This document shows positions 16,997-25,852 of a stretch of 40,631 nt of DNA, piece after piece. The translations under genes were made by a program, and so were the position numbers. The stretch covers positions 1-40,631 of the forward strand of contig CAVZJN010000024.1 in NCBI GenBank assembly GCA_963775585.1. The letters run 5' to 3'. The first letter of the stretch is position 1; each line of letters starts with the position of its first letter. The notes beneath the pieces were generated by a model, which did no database searches, had not been told where the DNA came from, and worked only from the letters and a program-made list of their open reading frames with translations. This stretch comes from an uncultured Chloroflexia bacterium. GTDB taxonomy: Bacteria; Chloroflexota; Ktedonobacteria; Ktedonobacterales; Ktedonobacteraceae.

Positions 16997-17017
16997 TGAA
17001 ACGGTATATTTGAAAGC

Positions 17018-17064
17018 CATCCCTGCAACGACGCTATCGCGTCTACTTTCAGTCAGCAGGGATG
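17018..17064 (+). repeat. structured intercistronic RNA element, copy A (outer 9-bp stem CATCCCTGC/GCAGGGATG enclosing conserved AAC-GACGCTATCGCGTC-TA...TCA)
   Basis: Same architecture and 20/21-nt conserved core as 22119-22166, with a different but compensatory outer stem. Confidence 0.6.
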
Positions 17065-17079
17065 CAAGGAAATAAATAT

Positions 17080-19260
17080 ATGCCAGAAGAGAAAAAAGAC
17101 GGGCGCAATGAATTGAGCCCCTACGTACACCTGACAATAGACGACATTCCCGTCGCTGTTCCTGCTGGAACGCTGGTCTGGGCGGCAGCGCAACAGGCGG
17201 GAATAGAGATTCCCATCTATTGCTACCACCCCAAAATGCCGCCGCTGGGCGCCTGCCGCATGTGCTTTGTTGAGATCGAGAAATTGCCCAAGCCACCTCA
17301 GACAGCCTGCACCACTCCGGTTAGTGAAGGCATGATCGTGCATACAAAGACGGAGAAGGTACTCAAAGCGCGCAGGGGCACACTGGAATTTCTCCTCATC
17401 AATCACCCCCTCGATTGTCCCATCTGCGATAAAGGAGGGGAGTGCGATCTGCAAGACTTCACCTTGCGCCATGGCCCTGGCGGCACCCGCTTCGACCAAC
17501 CCAAACGCCACTTTCTGAAGCCTATACCGGTCAGTGATAGGGTGATGCTTGATCGCGAACGCTGTATTTTGTGCCAACGTTGTACGCGCTTCAGTTCGGA
17601 GATCTCCATGGACAACGGGCTGGTAATGATCTCGCGTGGCTATAAGATGGAAGTCGGGACGGCTCCCGATCACGCCTTTGACTCAATATTTTCTGGCAAT
17701 ACCGTCGAGATGTGCCCGGTCGGTGCGCTAACGGCCACGGCCTATCGTTTCAAGTCGCGCCCCTGGGAGTTGAAACGCATTCCCAGCGTTTGCAACAACT
17801 GCAGCGTTGGCTGCAACATACGTATCGATGTACGTGTAGACAAGATCATGCGCAATATGTCACGCGCAAACGATGCCATCGATGATGGCTGGCTCTGTGA
17901 CCGGGGTCGCTGGGGCTTTGAGTTTGTCAATAGTCCGCAGCGCCTGCGCACACCGATGATTCGGCGCAATGGGCAACTGGTGGCAGTGACATGGGAACAG
18001 GCCTTTTATACCATCGCATTACGCCTGGGAGAGATCACCAAAAAGCATGGGGCCAGCGCGGTTGGCGGCATTGGCTCGACCCGCACCACCAATGAAGAGG
18101 CGTACCTCTTCCAAAAGCTGCTCAGACAGGTTATCGGCACACCGCACGTCGATCATCATCATGGCCACTTCCCTACCACCCACGCTCCACGCGACAGCAT
18201 GACCGGGAAACCATGGATGATGACTAATAGCATCGCGGAGATCGAGCAGGCATCTCACATCGTGCTCATCGCGGCAGACCCCTATCAGCGGCAGCCCATC
18301 CTTGATCTGCGCATCAAGAAGGCCATGAAGGGCGGCGCGAAAATCTATATCGTCAACGCCAATCAGACCGAGCTTGACCACTTCGCTGTGCAGAAGATTA
18401 CGCTGCCCCAGCAGGGGGCAGGCGCAGCAGCGAAAGTGCTGCTGAGTACGGTTGTCCGCCAGGAAGAGCTGAAGGCACCAGACGAAGCGCTGAGAGCAAA
18501 AATATTACAGGAGGATGCCCTTATCCGCGACCACGAGGAGTCGCTGGGGACCGAGGTCACTGCTCAACTACGGGGACTCGCCCACGAGATCGCGGAAGCC
18601 AGGGGAGCGATCATCCTGTACGACGAAATGGCGACACTTGAGCCTGGCTGCGAAGACCTGGCAACTGACCTCCAGGCCCTGGCGGTTGTCACCGGCAACA
18701 TTGATCGTCCCGGCGCCGGTGTTGGGCCGCTCTTTGAGGATGCCAACTCGCTTGGCGCACGCGATATGGGTCTTTTGCCTGACGCTCTGCCCGGCTATAA
18801 ACCAGCCGAAGAGGTCGGTATGACGTACGCCGAGATGTTGAGCAGCCCGCAGATCAAAGCGCTGTATGTGATGGGAGCCAATCCCGCGCGACATGTAGAG
18901 AAGCTACCTGGCACCCTGGAATTGCTGATTGTACAAGACATTATGCTGACTGAGACGGCCCAGCAGGCCGATGTCGTACTGCCAGCCGTCACCTTCGCGG
19001 AAAAAGATGGCAGCATGACCAACATCGACCACCATGTGCAGGCTATTCGACAGGCGTTACGGCCCCTGCCAGGAACAAAAGCCGACTGGGAGATCATCGT
19101 CGAGATAGCCAGGCATATGGGTATTCGGTGGAGTTATGCCAGTCCAAAAGCAATATTATTAGAGATTGCTGAAGAGAATCCTTTCTATACAGGTTTAGAC
19201 TGGGAAGAACTGGGGGCACAGGGTGTGCGCACCCAGGAGCAGGAGGTGGCGCGTGCTTGA
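17080..19260 (+). CDS. nuoG: NADH-quinone oxidoreductase subunit G (75-kDa, Fe-S and molybdopterin-like domain)
   Basis: N-terminal 2Fe-2S and 4Fe-4S cysteine motifs ([32 protein letters not shown]). Start chosen at ATG 17080, with AAGGA RBS 9 nt upstream. ATG 17062 of the ORF track lies inside the upstream stem. Confidence 0.9.
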   Translation: MPEEKKDGRNELSPYVHLTIDDIPVAVPAGTLVWAAAQQAGIEIPIYCYHPKMPPLGACRMCFVEIEKLPKPPQTACTTPVSEGMIVHTKTEKVLKARRGTLEFLLINHPLDCPICDKGGECDLQDFTLRHGPGGTRFDQPKRHFLKPIPVSDRVMLDRERCILCQRCTRFSSEISMDNGLVMISRGYKMEVGTAPDHAFDSIFSGNTVEMCPVGALTATAYRFKSRPWELKRIPSVCNNCSVGCNIRIDVRVDKIMRNMSRANDAIDDGWLCDRGRWGFEFVNSPQRLRTPMIRRNGQLVAVTWEQAFYTIALRLGEITKKHGASAVGGIGSTRTTNEEAYLFQKLLRQVIGTPHVDHHHGHFPTTHAPRDSMTGKPWMMTNSIAEIEQASHIVLIAADPYQRQPILDLRIKKAMKGGAKIYIVNANQTELDHFAVQKITLPQQGAGAAAKVLLSTVVRQEELKAPDEALRAKILQEDALIRDHEESLGTEVTAQLRGLAHEIAEARGAIILYDEMATLEPGCEDLATDLQALAVVTGNIDRPGAGVGPLFEDANSLGARDMGLLPDALPGYKPAEEVGMTYAEMLSSPQIKALYVMGANPARHVEKLPGTLELLIVQDIMLTETAQQADVVLPAVTFAEKDGSMTNIDHHVQAIRQALRPLPGTKADWEIIVEIARHMGIRWSYASPKAILLEIAEENPFYTGLDWEELGAQGVRTQEQEVARA

Positions 19261-20503
19261 CTTTCTCAATAACGAAATCGTCGCCGCTGTCATCAAAAGC
19301 GCGATCGTGATCGTCGCCTTGCTGACGGCCTTCGCGTATATGACGCTGATCGAGCGGCGCGTGGTCGCAAAGATGCAGGGACGCCTGGGGCCAAACCGGA
19401 CCGGCCCAAACGGCCTATTTCAGCCAATAGCCGATGCTGTTAAGATGGCCTTTAAAGAACAGATTATCCCAACGCAGGCCAAAGTTGTCACGTATTTGCT
19501 GGCACCGATCATCTCGGTAGTGGTAGCCCTTTGTGCCTTTGCCGTTGTGCCTATTGGCATTGGCTGGATAGCTGGCAAATCCTCTGTATGGGACCCGGTT
19601 ATTGGTGATATCAATGTTGGTATTCTCTGGATACTGGCCATCTCTTCGCTGTCAGTCTACGGTATTGTGCTCGGCGGCTGGTCCTCCGGCAACCGTTATT
19701 CGCTGCTCGGATCACTGCGCAGCGCAGCCCAGATGGTTTCATACGAGACAAGCCTGGGACTTGCCCTGAGCGGTACCCTGATGTGGGCAGGTACGTTGAG
19801 TATGGTTGGCATCGTCAAGGCCCAACTGCCCTATGGTCCAACCGGCCAGGGTATCTGGTTTATCGTCGCTCAGCCGCTCGGCTTTGTAATCTATTTCATC
19901 GCGGGTGTCGCGGAGGTAAACCGCGCACCGTTTGACCTGCCAGAGGCCGAACAGGAATTGACCGCGGGCTACCTGACCGAGTACAGCGGGCTGCGCTGGA
20001 GCGTCTACCAGATGGCCGAATACATTAACATGATTACAGTGAGCGCCGTGGCCACAACGTTTTTCTTTGGTGGCTGGAGTTTCTTTGGCTTAGAGCGTAT
20101 TCCCGGTATATCGATACTCATTTTCCTGGTGAAAGTGGCCTTTTTCCTGTTCCTCTTCATCTGGCTGCGTGCCACGTTGCCGCGTATCCGCTATGATCGC
20201 CTGATGCGCCTTGGCTGGCTATTACTCTTACCACTGGCAGTGCTCAACGTGGTCATTACAGCCACCGTCGTTGCCCTCGGTCTGCCCTGGTGGATCAATG
20301 GCCTGGCAGGCCTGGCAATCCTGGCGGCGGTCCTGCTCCTGGTGCGCAGTCGCACAAGAGAGGTACAAACGGGTGTAACCACTCAAGTAGGAACCACTCA
20401 AGTAGGAACAATTCCCATGCCCGCGACTGTGCGTTTGGCCAAGTTTGAGCCTGTTGGCAAACAGGTAGTGTCTGCCAAACAGGAGCAAGACGTGATAGTA
20501 TAA
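19253..20503 (+). CDS. nuoH: NADH-quinone oxidoreductase subunit H
   Basis: Polytopic membrane protein with the conserved NuoH loop ([18 protein letters not shown]). Start chosen at GTG 19253, with AGGAGG RBS 6 nt upstream. The C-terminus carries a TTQVG x2 microduplication. Confidence 0.9.
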   Translation: MLDFLNNEIVAAVIKSAIVIVALLTAFAYMTLIERRVVAKMQGRLGPNRTGPNGLFQPIADAVKMAFKEQIIPTQAKVVTYLLAPIISVVVALCAFAVVPIGIGWIAGKSSVWDPVIGDINVGILWILAISSLSVYGIVLGGWSSGNRYSLLGSLRSAAQMVSYETSLGLALSGTLMWAGTLSMVGIVKAQLPYGPTGQGIWFIVAQPLGFVIYFIAGVAEVNRAPFDLPEAEQELTAGYLTEYSGLRWSVYQMAEYINMITVSAVATTFFFGGWSFFGLERIPGISILIFLVKVAFFLFLFIWLRATLPRIRYDRLMRLGWLLLLPLAVLNVVITATVVALGLPWWINGLAGLAILAAVLLLVRSRTREVQTGVTTQVGTTQVGTIPMPATVRLAKFEPVGKQVVSAKQEQDVIV

Positions 20504-20524
20504 AATTGTGGCTAGGAGTCAAGC

Positions 20525-21166
20525 ATGTCTTTTGACATAATCAAAGGGATGGCAACAACCCTTAAAAATATGGGCAAAAAGCCAACCACCGTCTCGTATC
20601 CAGAAGAGGAACGCGAGCTTCCGCCGCGCTTCCGCGGTCGCCATGTGCTGCACCGTTACGAAAATGGCCTGGAACGCTGCGTCGGTTGCTTTCTCTGCGC
20701 GGGCGCCTGTCCAGCTGACGCGATCTATATCGAAGCCGACGAAAATAGCGAAGAGACCCGCGTCTCACCTGGCGAACGTTACGCGAAAGTCTTCGATGTC
20801 AATTTATTGCGCTGTATCTTCTGCGGCTACTGCCAGGCAGCATGTCCCACCGGAGCTATCACGCTGGAACACGAGTATAAACTGGCCGCTTTCTATCCAG
20901 AAGATATGGTCTACCATAAAGAGCAACTGCTTGAGCCCAAAGGGCAGTCCACTGTCGGCTCGAATACTGTCTGGACCGACCCGGCTCCCACGGAGGCAGC
21001 GCAACCCGTACCACAGGCGGCCAAAGTGTTTGACGGTGCGCAGGCCAGCGCCGCCGCCGTCGGCCTGGGTGACCTGCGCACCGAGGAGGAAGTCTTGCTC
21101 ACCAACGAGGAACAGGACGAAGATAGGAGAAAGTTGGCAAGCGGAAAGGACTGGCAGAAACGATGA
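20525..21166 (+). CDS. nuoI: NADH-quinone oxidoreductase subunit I (2x[4Fe-4S]) with P/A/E-rich C-terminal extension
   Basis: CVGCFLCAGACP and CIFCGYCQAACP ferredoxin motifs. AGGAG RBS. Confidence 0.9.
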   Translation: MSFDIIKGMATTLKNMGKKPTTVSYPEEERELPPRFRGRHVLHRYENGLERCVGCFLCAGACPADAIYIEADENSEETRVSPGERYAKVFDVNLLRCIFCGYCQAACPTGAITLEHEYKLAAFYPEDMVYHKEQLLEPKGQSTVGSNTVWTDPAPTEAAQPVPQAAKVFDGAQASAAAVGLGDLRTEEEVLLTNEEQDEDRRKLASGKDWQKR

Positions 21167-21694
21167 CAGGAGTGCAAATTTCATTCTTTGTGCTGGCCGT
21201 AGCCGCTGTGGCATCAGCACTCGGCGTGATTATCTTTAAGAATGCCGTCCACTGCGCATTGAGCCTCATTCTGACACTGCTCTTCCTGGCGCTCTTTTAC
21301 CTGCAACTGGGGGCGATGTTTATCTCCATTGTGCAAGTCCTGATCTATGCAGGTGCAATCATGGTCTTATTCCTCTTTGTGGTCACCATGCTCGCTTCGG
21401 AAGCCGCACGATACAGAATTGGCCGATCGTATCCCATGGCAGCGCTGGGTCGCGGTGGTACTGGGACTGACATTGGTTGGCACATTGAGTTACCTGCTCT
21501 TTACGGGAACAGCCATCGATAGCGGACCAAAGGCAACGGCTGCGAATAGCCTCTCTCATGTAGTGAATACACAGGGCAACACAGAAGCCTTTGGCCAGGC
21601 CCTTTTCCACGGTTTCGTCTTTCCCTTTGAGGTGACAAGCCTGCTGATTATCGTAGCGATCCTTGGCGCGATGGTGCTGGGCAGGAAAGCGTAA
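21163..21694 (+). pseudogene. nuoJ: NADH-quinone oxidoreductase subunit J, reading frame interrupted by a +1 frameshift near 21400-21412 (genuine or sequencing error)
   Basis: The N-terminal half (IVQVLIYAGAIMVLFLFVVTML) is in frame 1 from 21163. The C-terminal half (RIPWQRWVAVVLGL...FEVTSLLIIVAILGAMVLGRKA) is in frame 2, ending at 21694. Together they give a normal-length NuoJ. Confidence 0.6.
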
Positions 21695-21700
21695 ACCGTG

Positions 21701-21753
21701 TATAGTAGGGGCGACCCTTGCGGTCGCCCTGGTTCTGGGCGGTCGCCCTGGAG
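21701..21753. repeat. intergenic GC-hairpin repeat element, copy 2 (TATAGTAGGGGCGACCCTTGCGGTCGCCCTGG...GGTCGCCCTGGAG)
   Basis: 28/32 identity with 8283-8314. Perfect 8-bp stem GGGCGACC/GGTCGCCC. Lies between the nuoJ stop and the nuoK start. Confidence 0.6.
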
Positions 21754-21759
21754 GTGTCT

Positions 21760-22059
21760 ATGCCATTATCAGCATATCTCATAGTGAGCGCTATTATTTT
21801 TACGATCGGCGTCACCGGCGTGCTCATTCGACGCAATCCGCTCATTATTTTTATGTCCATTGAATTGATGTTAAATGCGGTCAATTTATCGTTTGTGGCC
21901 ATCTCAAGCTACCTCGACTCGGCGGACGGGCAAATGTTTGTCTTTATCGTGCTGACGGTCGCAGCCGCGGAGGTTGTTGTTGGCCTCGCTATTATCGTCT
22001 CCATCTTCCGCACCCGCCGTAATATTGATGTTGACGACATGAATTTGTTACGAGGATAG
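21760..22059 (+). CDS. nuoK: NADH-quinone oxidoreductase subunit K
   Basis: About 100-aa, 3-TM protein with the [22 protein letters not shown] signature. Start chosen at ATG 21760, with GGAGGT RBS 5 nt upstream. The ORF track begins at 21718. Confidence 0.85.
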   Translation: MPLSAYLIVSAIIFTIGVTGVLIRRNPLIIFMSIELMLNAVNLSFVAISSYLDSADGQMFVFIVLTVAAAEVVVGLAIIVSIFRTRRNIDVDDMNLLRG

Positions 22060-22118
22060 TAGTGTAACGTAGCGCTGACGCTTCTTGAAAGACATGCTGC
22101 AACGGCGCTGAACTTAGA

Positions 22119-22166
22119 CAGATTGCCAACGACGCTAGCGCGTCTAGCTAGCGCTCAGGCAATCTG
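22119..22166 (+). repeat. structured intercistronic RNA element, copy B (outer stem CAGATTGCC/GGCAATCTG enclosing AAC-GACGCTAGCGCGTC-TA...TCA), within a highly structured 156-nt nuoK-nuoL spacer
   Basis: See copy A. An additional long-range pairing CATGCTGC (22097-22104) / GCAGCATG (22199-22206) flanks it. Confidence 0.6.
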
Positions 22167-22215
22167 CAAGGAGTGCGCGCGCCTACGCTTCGCGTCAGCA
22201 GCATGAAAGGAATAT

Positions 22216-24204
22216 ATGACAAATTTAACGGTATTGGCGCTGCTAGCGCCACTGCTTGGGTTCGTGATCCTCGGTGTGGCTGGCAGCGCTCTGACAAACA
22301 GGGCTATAATCACTGTAGCGTGGGGTGGCTGTGGCCTCGCTTTTCTTTTTGCGACTATCAGCTTCTTCTCGATGCTTGGTACGCCTGTTGCGGCACGAAC
22401 CAGTGACCAGGTATTCTATACCTGGGTCTCCTCTGGCAACTTTCAACTGAGCTTTGGCTTGCTCCTTGATCCCTTATCGGCCACAATGTTGATGATTGTC
22501 ACGGGCGTAGGACTCTTGATCCATATCTATTCAGCAGGATATATGAAAGATGATCCTGGCTTCTGGCGCTTCTTCTCCTACATGAACTTCTTTATTTTTG
22601 CTATGGTTCTGCTGGTAAGCGCGGATAATTTTCTCTTCCTGCTGGTCGGTTGGGGCCTGGTTGGCCTGGCCTCATTCCTCTTGATTGGTTTCTGGTATCG
22701 CCGGCCCAGAGCGGTCGCGGCGGCCCAAAAAGCCCTGGTCATCAACATCATAGGTGACTTTGGCTTCATGATCGCTATTTTCCTTATCTTCAAAGAGTAT
22801 GGCGTACTGAACTTCTACAATAACGCCAGCAGTATTGGTGTCTTTTCCATTCTTAGCCCTACAAGTTCCGGGACCATGCTACAGACAATCATCGCCCTGT
22901 GCCTCTTTATCGCCTGTGCGGCGAAATCGGCACAGTTGCCACTCTATATGTGGCTGCCAGATGCTATGGAGGGCCCCACTCCTGTCAGTGCTCTCATCCA
23001 CGCGGCAACCATGGTAACAGCCGGTGTTTACCTGGTTGCGCGCGCACATCCGCTCTTTGAACTGTCTCCAACAGCATTAACCATCATAGCGCTGATTGGG
23101 GGATTGACCGCGATCTTCGCGGCTAGCATCGCCATCTTCCAACTGGATATCAAGCGCGTGCTGGCTTATTCGACCATCAGCCAGCTGGGCTATATGTTTA
23201 TGGCCGAGGGTGTGCATAATTATACTGCTGGTATCTTCCACCTCACGACTCATGCCTACTTCAAAGCGCTGCTCTTCCTTTGCGCGGGCGCCGTCATCCA
23301 CGCCCTTGACGGAGAACAAGATATGCGCCAGATGGGCGGGTTGAGAGATAAACTTAAGATCACCTTCTGGACTTTTTTGCTGGCTGCTCTGGCGATTAGC
23401 GGCATACCTCCGCTCTCCGGCTTCTGGAGTAAGGATGAAATTCTCAGCTCATTACTGGCGCAGGCAACGGTCAATAATCAACCCCTGTCATACGTGCTCT
23501 GGGGTATCGGCATCATAACGGCAGGCCTCACAGCATTCTACATATTCCGCCTCTTCTACGGCATCTTTCTGGGAGATTATCGTGGCACAGGCCAGTCCAG
23601 CCATGCGCAAGACGAGGATGAAGAAGAGCCGTCGCGGCATACAGGACGCTTGAGGATTCACGAAGCTCCAGCCGTCATGACCGTACCGCTCATTATTTTA
23701 GCGTTCCTCTCCTGTGTGGGCGGCCTGGTTGGCTCGTTTGCCATCATTGGATTCCCCCAGTGGGATCCGATCGGGAATTTCCTCGCGCCAGTCTTCGCCG
23801 ATGTGCATACCATGGCAACGGCTTCACTCGGCGTCCAGTGGACCTCAACAGTCTTGAGCGTTGGCATCGGTCTGCTTGGTATCCTGGCAGCCTGGAGAAT
23901 ATACGGTCGCGGCTTCCAATACAAAGAGAACGATAACCAGCTCTACCAGCTGGTACTGCATAAGTACTACGTTGATGAAATATTGGACGCGGTGATTGTT
24001 CAGCCGATTCTCTGGTTTGGGCGCACCGCAACACGCCTTCTTGAAGGCGACCTGCTCGATGCCGGAGGACGGGCCGTAGCCGGGGGACTGCGAGGAATCA
24101 GTGCAGGCTTGCGCCGCCTGCAAACGGGCTACGTGCGTAACTATGCCCTGGCAATTCTGATTGGCGTGTTGCTCATTATTTTGTACTATGCAGTGAGGGG
24201 GTAA
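22216..24204 (+). CDS. nuoL: NADH-quinone oxidoreductase subunit L
   Basis: 662-aa antiporter-like subunit with the long C-terminal amphipathic helix region. Confidence 0.9.
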   Translation: MTNLTVLALLAPLLGFVILGVAGSALTNRAIITVAWGGCGLAFLFATISFFSMLGTPVAARTSDQVFYTWVSSGNFQLSFGLLLDPLSATMLMIVTGVGLLIHIYSAGYMKDDPGFWRFFSYMNFFIFAMVLLVSADNFLFLLVGWGLVGLASFLLIGFWYRRPRAVAAAQKALVINIIGDFGFMIAIFLIFKEYGVLNFYNNASSIGVFSILSPTSSGTMLQTIIALCLFIACAAKSAQLPLYMWLPDAMEGPTPVSALIHAATMVTAGVYLVARAHPLFELSPTALTIIALIGGLTAIFAASIAIFQLDIKRVLAYSTISQLGYMFMAEGVHNYTAGIFHLTTHAYFKALLFLCAGAVIHALDGEQDMRQMGGLRDKLKITFWTFLLAALAISGIPPLSGFWSKDEILSSLLAQATVNNQPLSYVLWGIGIITAGLTAFYIFRLFYGIFLGDYRGTGQSSHAQDEDEEEPSRHTGRLRIHEAPAVMTVPLIILAFLSCVGGLVGSFAIIGFPQWDPIGNFLAPVFADVHTMATASLGVQWTSTVLSVGIGLLGILAAWRIYGRGFQYKENDNQLYQLVLHKYYVDEILDAVIVQPILWFGRTATRLLEGDLLDAGGRAVAGGLRGISAGLRRLQTGYVRNYALAILIGVLLIILYYAVRG

Positions 24205-24213
24205 CTGAGAGGT

Positions 24214-25764
24214 ATGTATCCAATCTTATCAATTATCACATTTCTCCCGCTTGTGGGAGGAATTGCCATACTGCTCATTCCCAAAAACCAGCTAGCCGCG
24301 ATCCGCTGGACGGCCTTTGCTGTTGCATGTGTCAATCTACTCCAGACCCTGGGGCTCATGTTGGCCTATTCTCAGGCCAATGTATCATCCGCCTCGTTAG
24401 TGGTCGACAACGCTCCAAATGGTACCTTCCTCTTCAACGAGCAGTTGCAGTGGATTCCGTCGGTAGGCATAAGCTATAGCCTCGGCGTTGACGGTATCAG
24501 TCTCTTGTTGGTCGCCCTGACAACCCTCCTCACAGTGGTCTGTATCGCCGCGTCATTTCGCGTTGAGCAGAAGGTCAAGAACTACATGGCCTTCATGCTG
24601 CTGCTTGAAAGCGGCATCATCGGCGTCTTCCTCTCCACCAATCTCTTCCTCTTCTATATTTTCTGGGAAGTGATGCTGATTCCGGCCTATTTCCTGGTCG
24701 GCAGCTGGGGCGGAGAGCGACGTATTTACGCGGCCTTCAAGTTCGTGCTCTATACCTCGTTGGGTAGCCTGTTGATGCTGGCAGGCATCATCGCCCTGGG
24801 GTATTTTCACCAGCAGACATCCGGGGGCAACTATACACTCGACCTGGCCACGCTGCTCAATAGCAAGCTCGATCCTACCGTACAACTCTGGCTGTTCCTG
24901 GCTTTTGCGGCGGCCTTCGTGGTGAAAGTACCCTTTGTGCCATTCCATAGCTGGCTGCCCGACGCCTATAGCGAGGCCCCAGCACCGGTTACAGCCATGC
25001 TGGCCGGAGCCATGTCAAAGACGGGAGCTTACGGCTTTCTGCGCCTGTGCCTGCCGCTCTTCCCTTCGGCGGCGCACGCGCTGGCGCCGCTCTTCAGTAC
25101 CCTGGCGGTCGTCAGTATTCTCTACTGCGCGCTGCTGGCCCTGGTGCAGACTGACCTCAAACGGCTGCTGGGATATTCAAGTATCAGCCACCTTGGCGTC
25201 GTCATGCTCGGCATGTTCGCCTTCAATATACAGGGGATAGAAGGTTCCGTGCTACAGATGGTCAATCATGGTATCACCACTGCCACGCTCTTCCTCATCG
25301 TGGGCTTGATTGAGGCTCGGACAGGTACACGCAACATCAACGACTTCGGTGGACAGGCGAAGCGCGTTCCTATCCTGGCGACGGTGTTGCTAATCGCTAC
25401 GCTCTCATCGCTTGGACTGCCTGGCCTGAATAGTTTCGCCGGCGAGTTCCTGGCCCTACTTGGCGCCTTCCTCAGCAACGCGCTCTTCGGTGTGCTGGGT
25501 ACTGCTGTGGTGATACCGGCCGCCTGGTACATGATCCGTTTTTTCCTGGGCCTTATGGAAGGGCCTCGACCAACCGAAGGTCCTGTAGCCGCACTTGAGC
25601 GCAGAGGAAAGCTGCCTGACTTACACTTCGCTGAATTCCTCACCCTCTCGCCATTGCTTGTGCTGATTTTTTTTATCGGGCTTCAACCTGCCCCGCTGAT
25701 TTATTTAATGGAACCTTCAGTGGTGAACACACTGCAAAATCTAGGTAGTGCGTTCATACATTGA
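24214..25764 (+). CDS. nuoM: NADH-quinone oxidoreductase subunit M
   Basis: 516-aa antiporter-like subunit (WLPDAYSEAPAPVTAMLAGAMSK). Confidence 0.9.
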   Translation: MYPILSIITFLPLVGGIAILLIPKNQLAAIRWTAFAVACVNLLQTLGLMLAYSQANVSSASLVVDNAPNGTFLFNEQLQWIPSVGISYSLGVDGISLLLVALTTLLTVVCIAASFRVEQKVKNYMAFMLLLESGIIGVFLSTNLFLFYIFWEVMLIPAYFLVGSWGGERRIYAAFKFVLYTSLGSLLMLAGIIALGYFHQQTSGGNYTLDLATLLNSKLDPTVQLWLFLAFAAAFVVKVPFVPFHSWLPDAYSEAPAPVTAMLAGAMSKTGAYGFLRLCLPLFPSAAHALAPLFSTLAVVSILYCALLALVQTDLKRLLGYSSISHLGVVMLGMFAFNIQGIEGSVLQMVNHGITTATLFLIVGLIEARTGTRNINDFGGQAKRVPILATVLLIATLSSLGLPGLNSFAGEFLALLGAFLSNALFGVLGTAVVIPAAWYMIRFFLGLMEGPRPTEGPVAALERRGKLPDLHFAEFLTLSPLLVLIFFIGLQPAPLIYLMEPSVVNTLQNLGSAFIH

Positions 25765-25770
25765 ACCCCG

Positions 25771-25830
25771 CCTACGGCGGTCCCTCCGATAAATCGGGGG
25801 CCTACAGTAGACCCTCGATATATCGAGGGG
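25771..25830. repeat. tandem duplication of a 30-nt hairpin-containing unit in the nuoM-nuoN spacer
   Basis: Unit 1 is CCTACGGCGGTCCCTCCGATAAATCGGGGG. Unit 2 is CCTACAGTAGACCCTCGATATATCGAGGGG. Each folds into a 7-8-bp hairpin. Confidence 0.6.
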
Positions 25831-25852
25831 CGAGCGAAGCGAGGTATTATCT

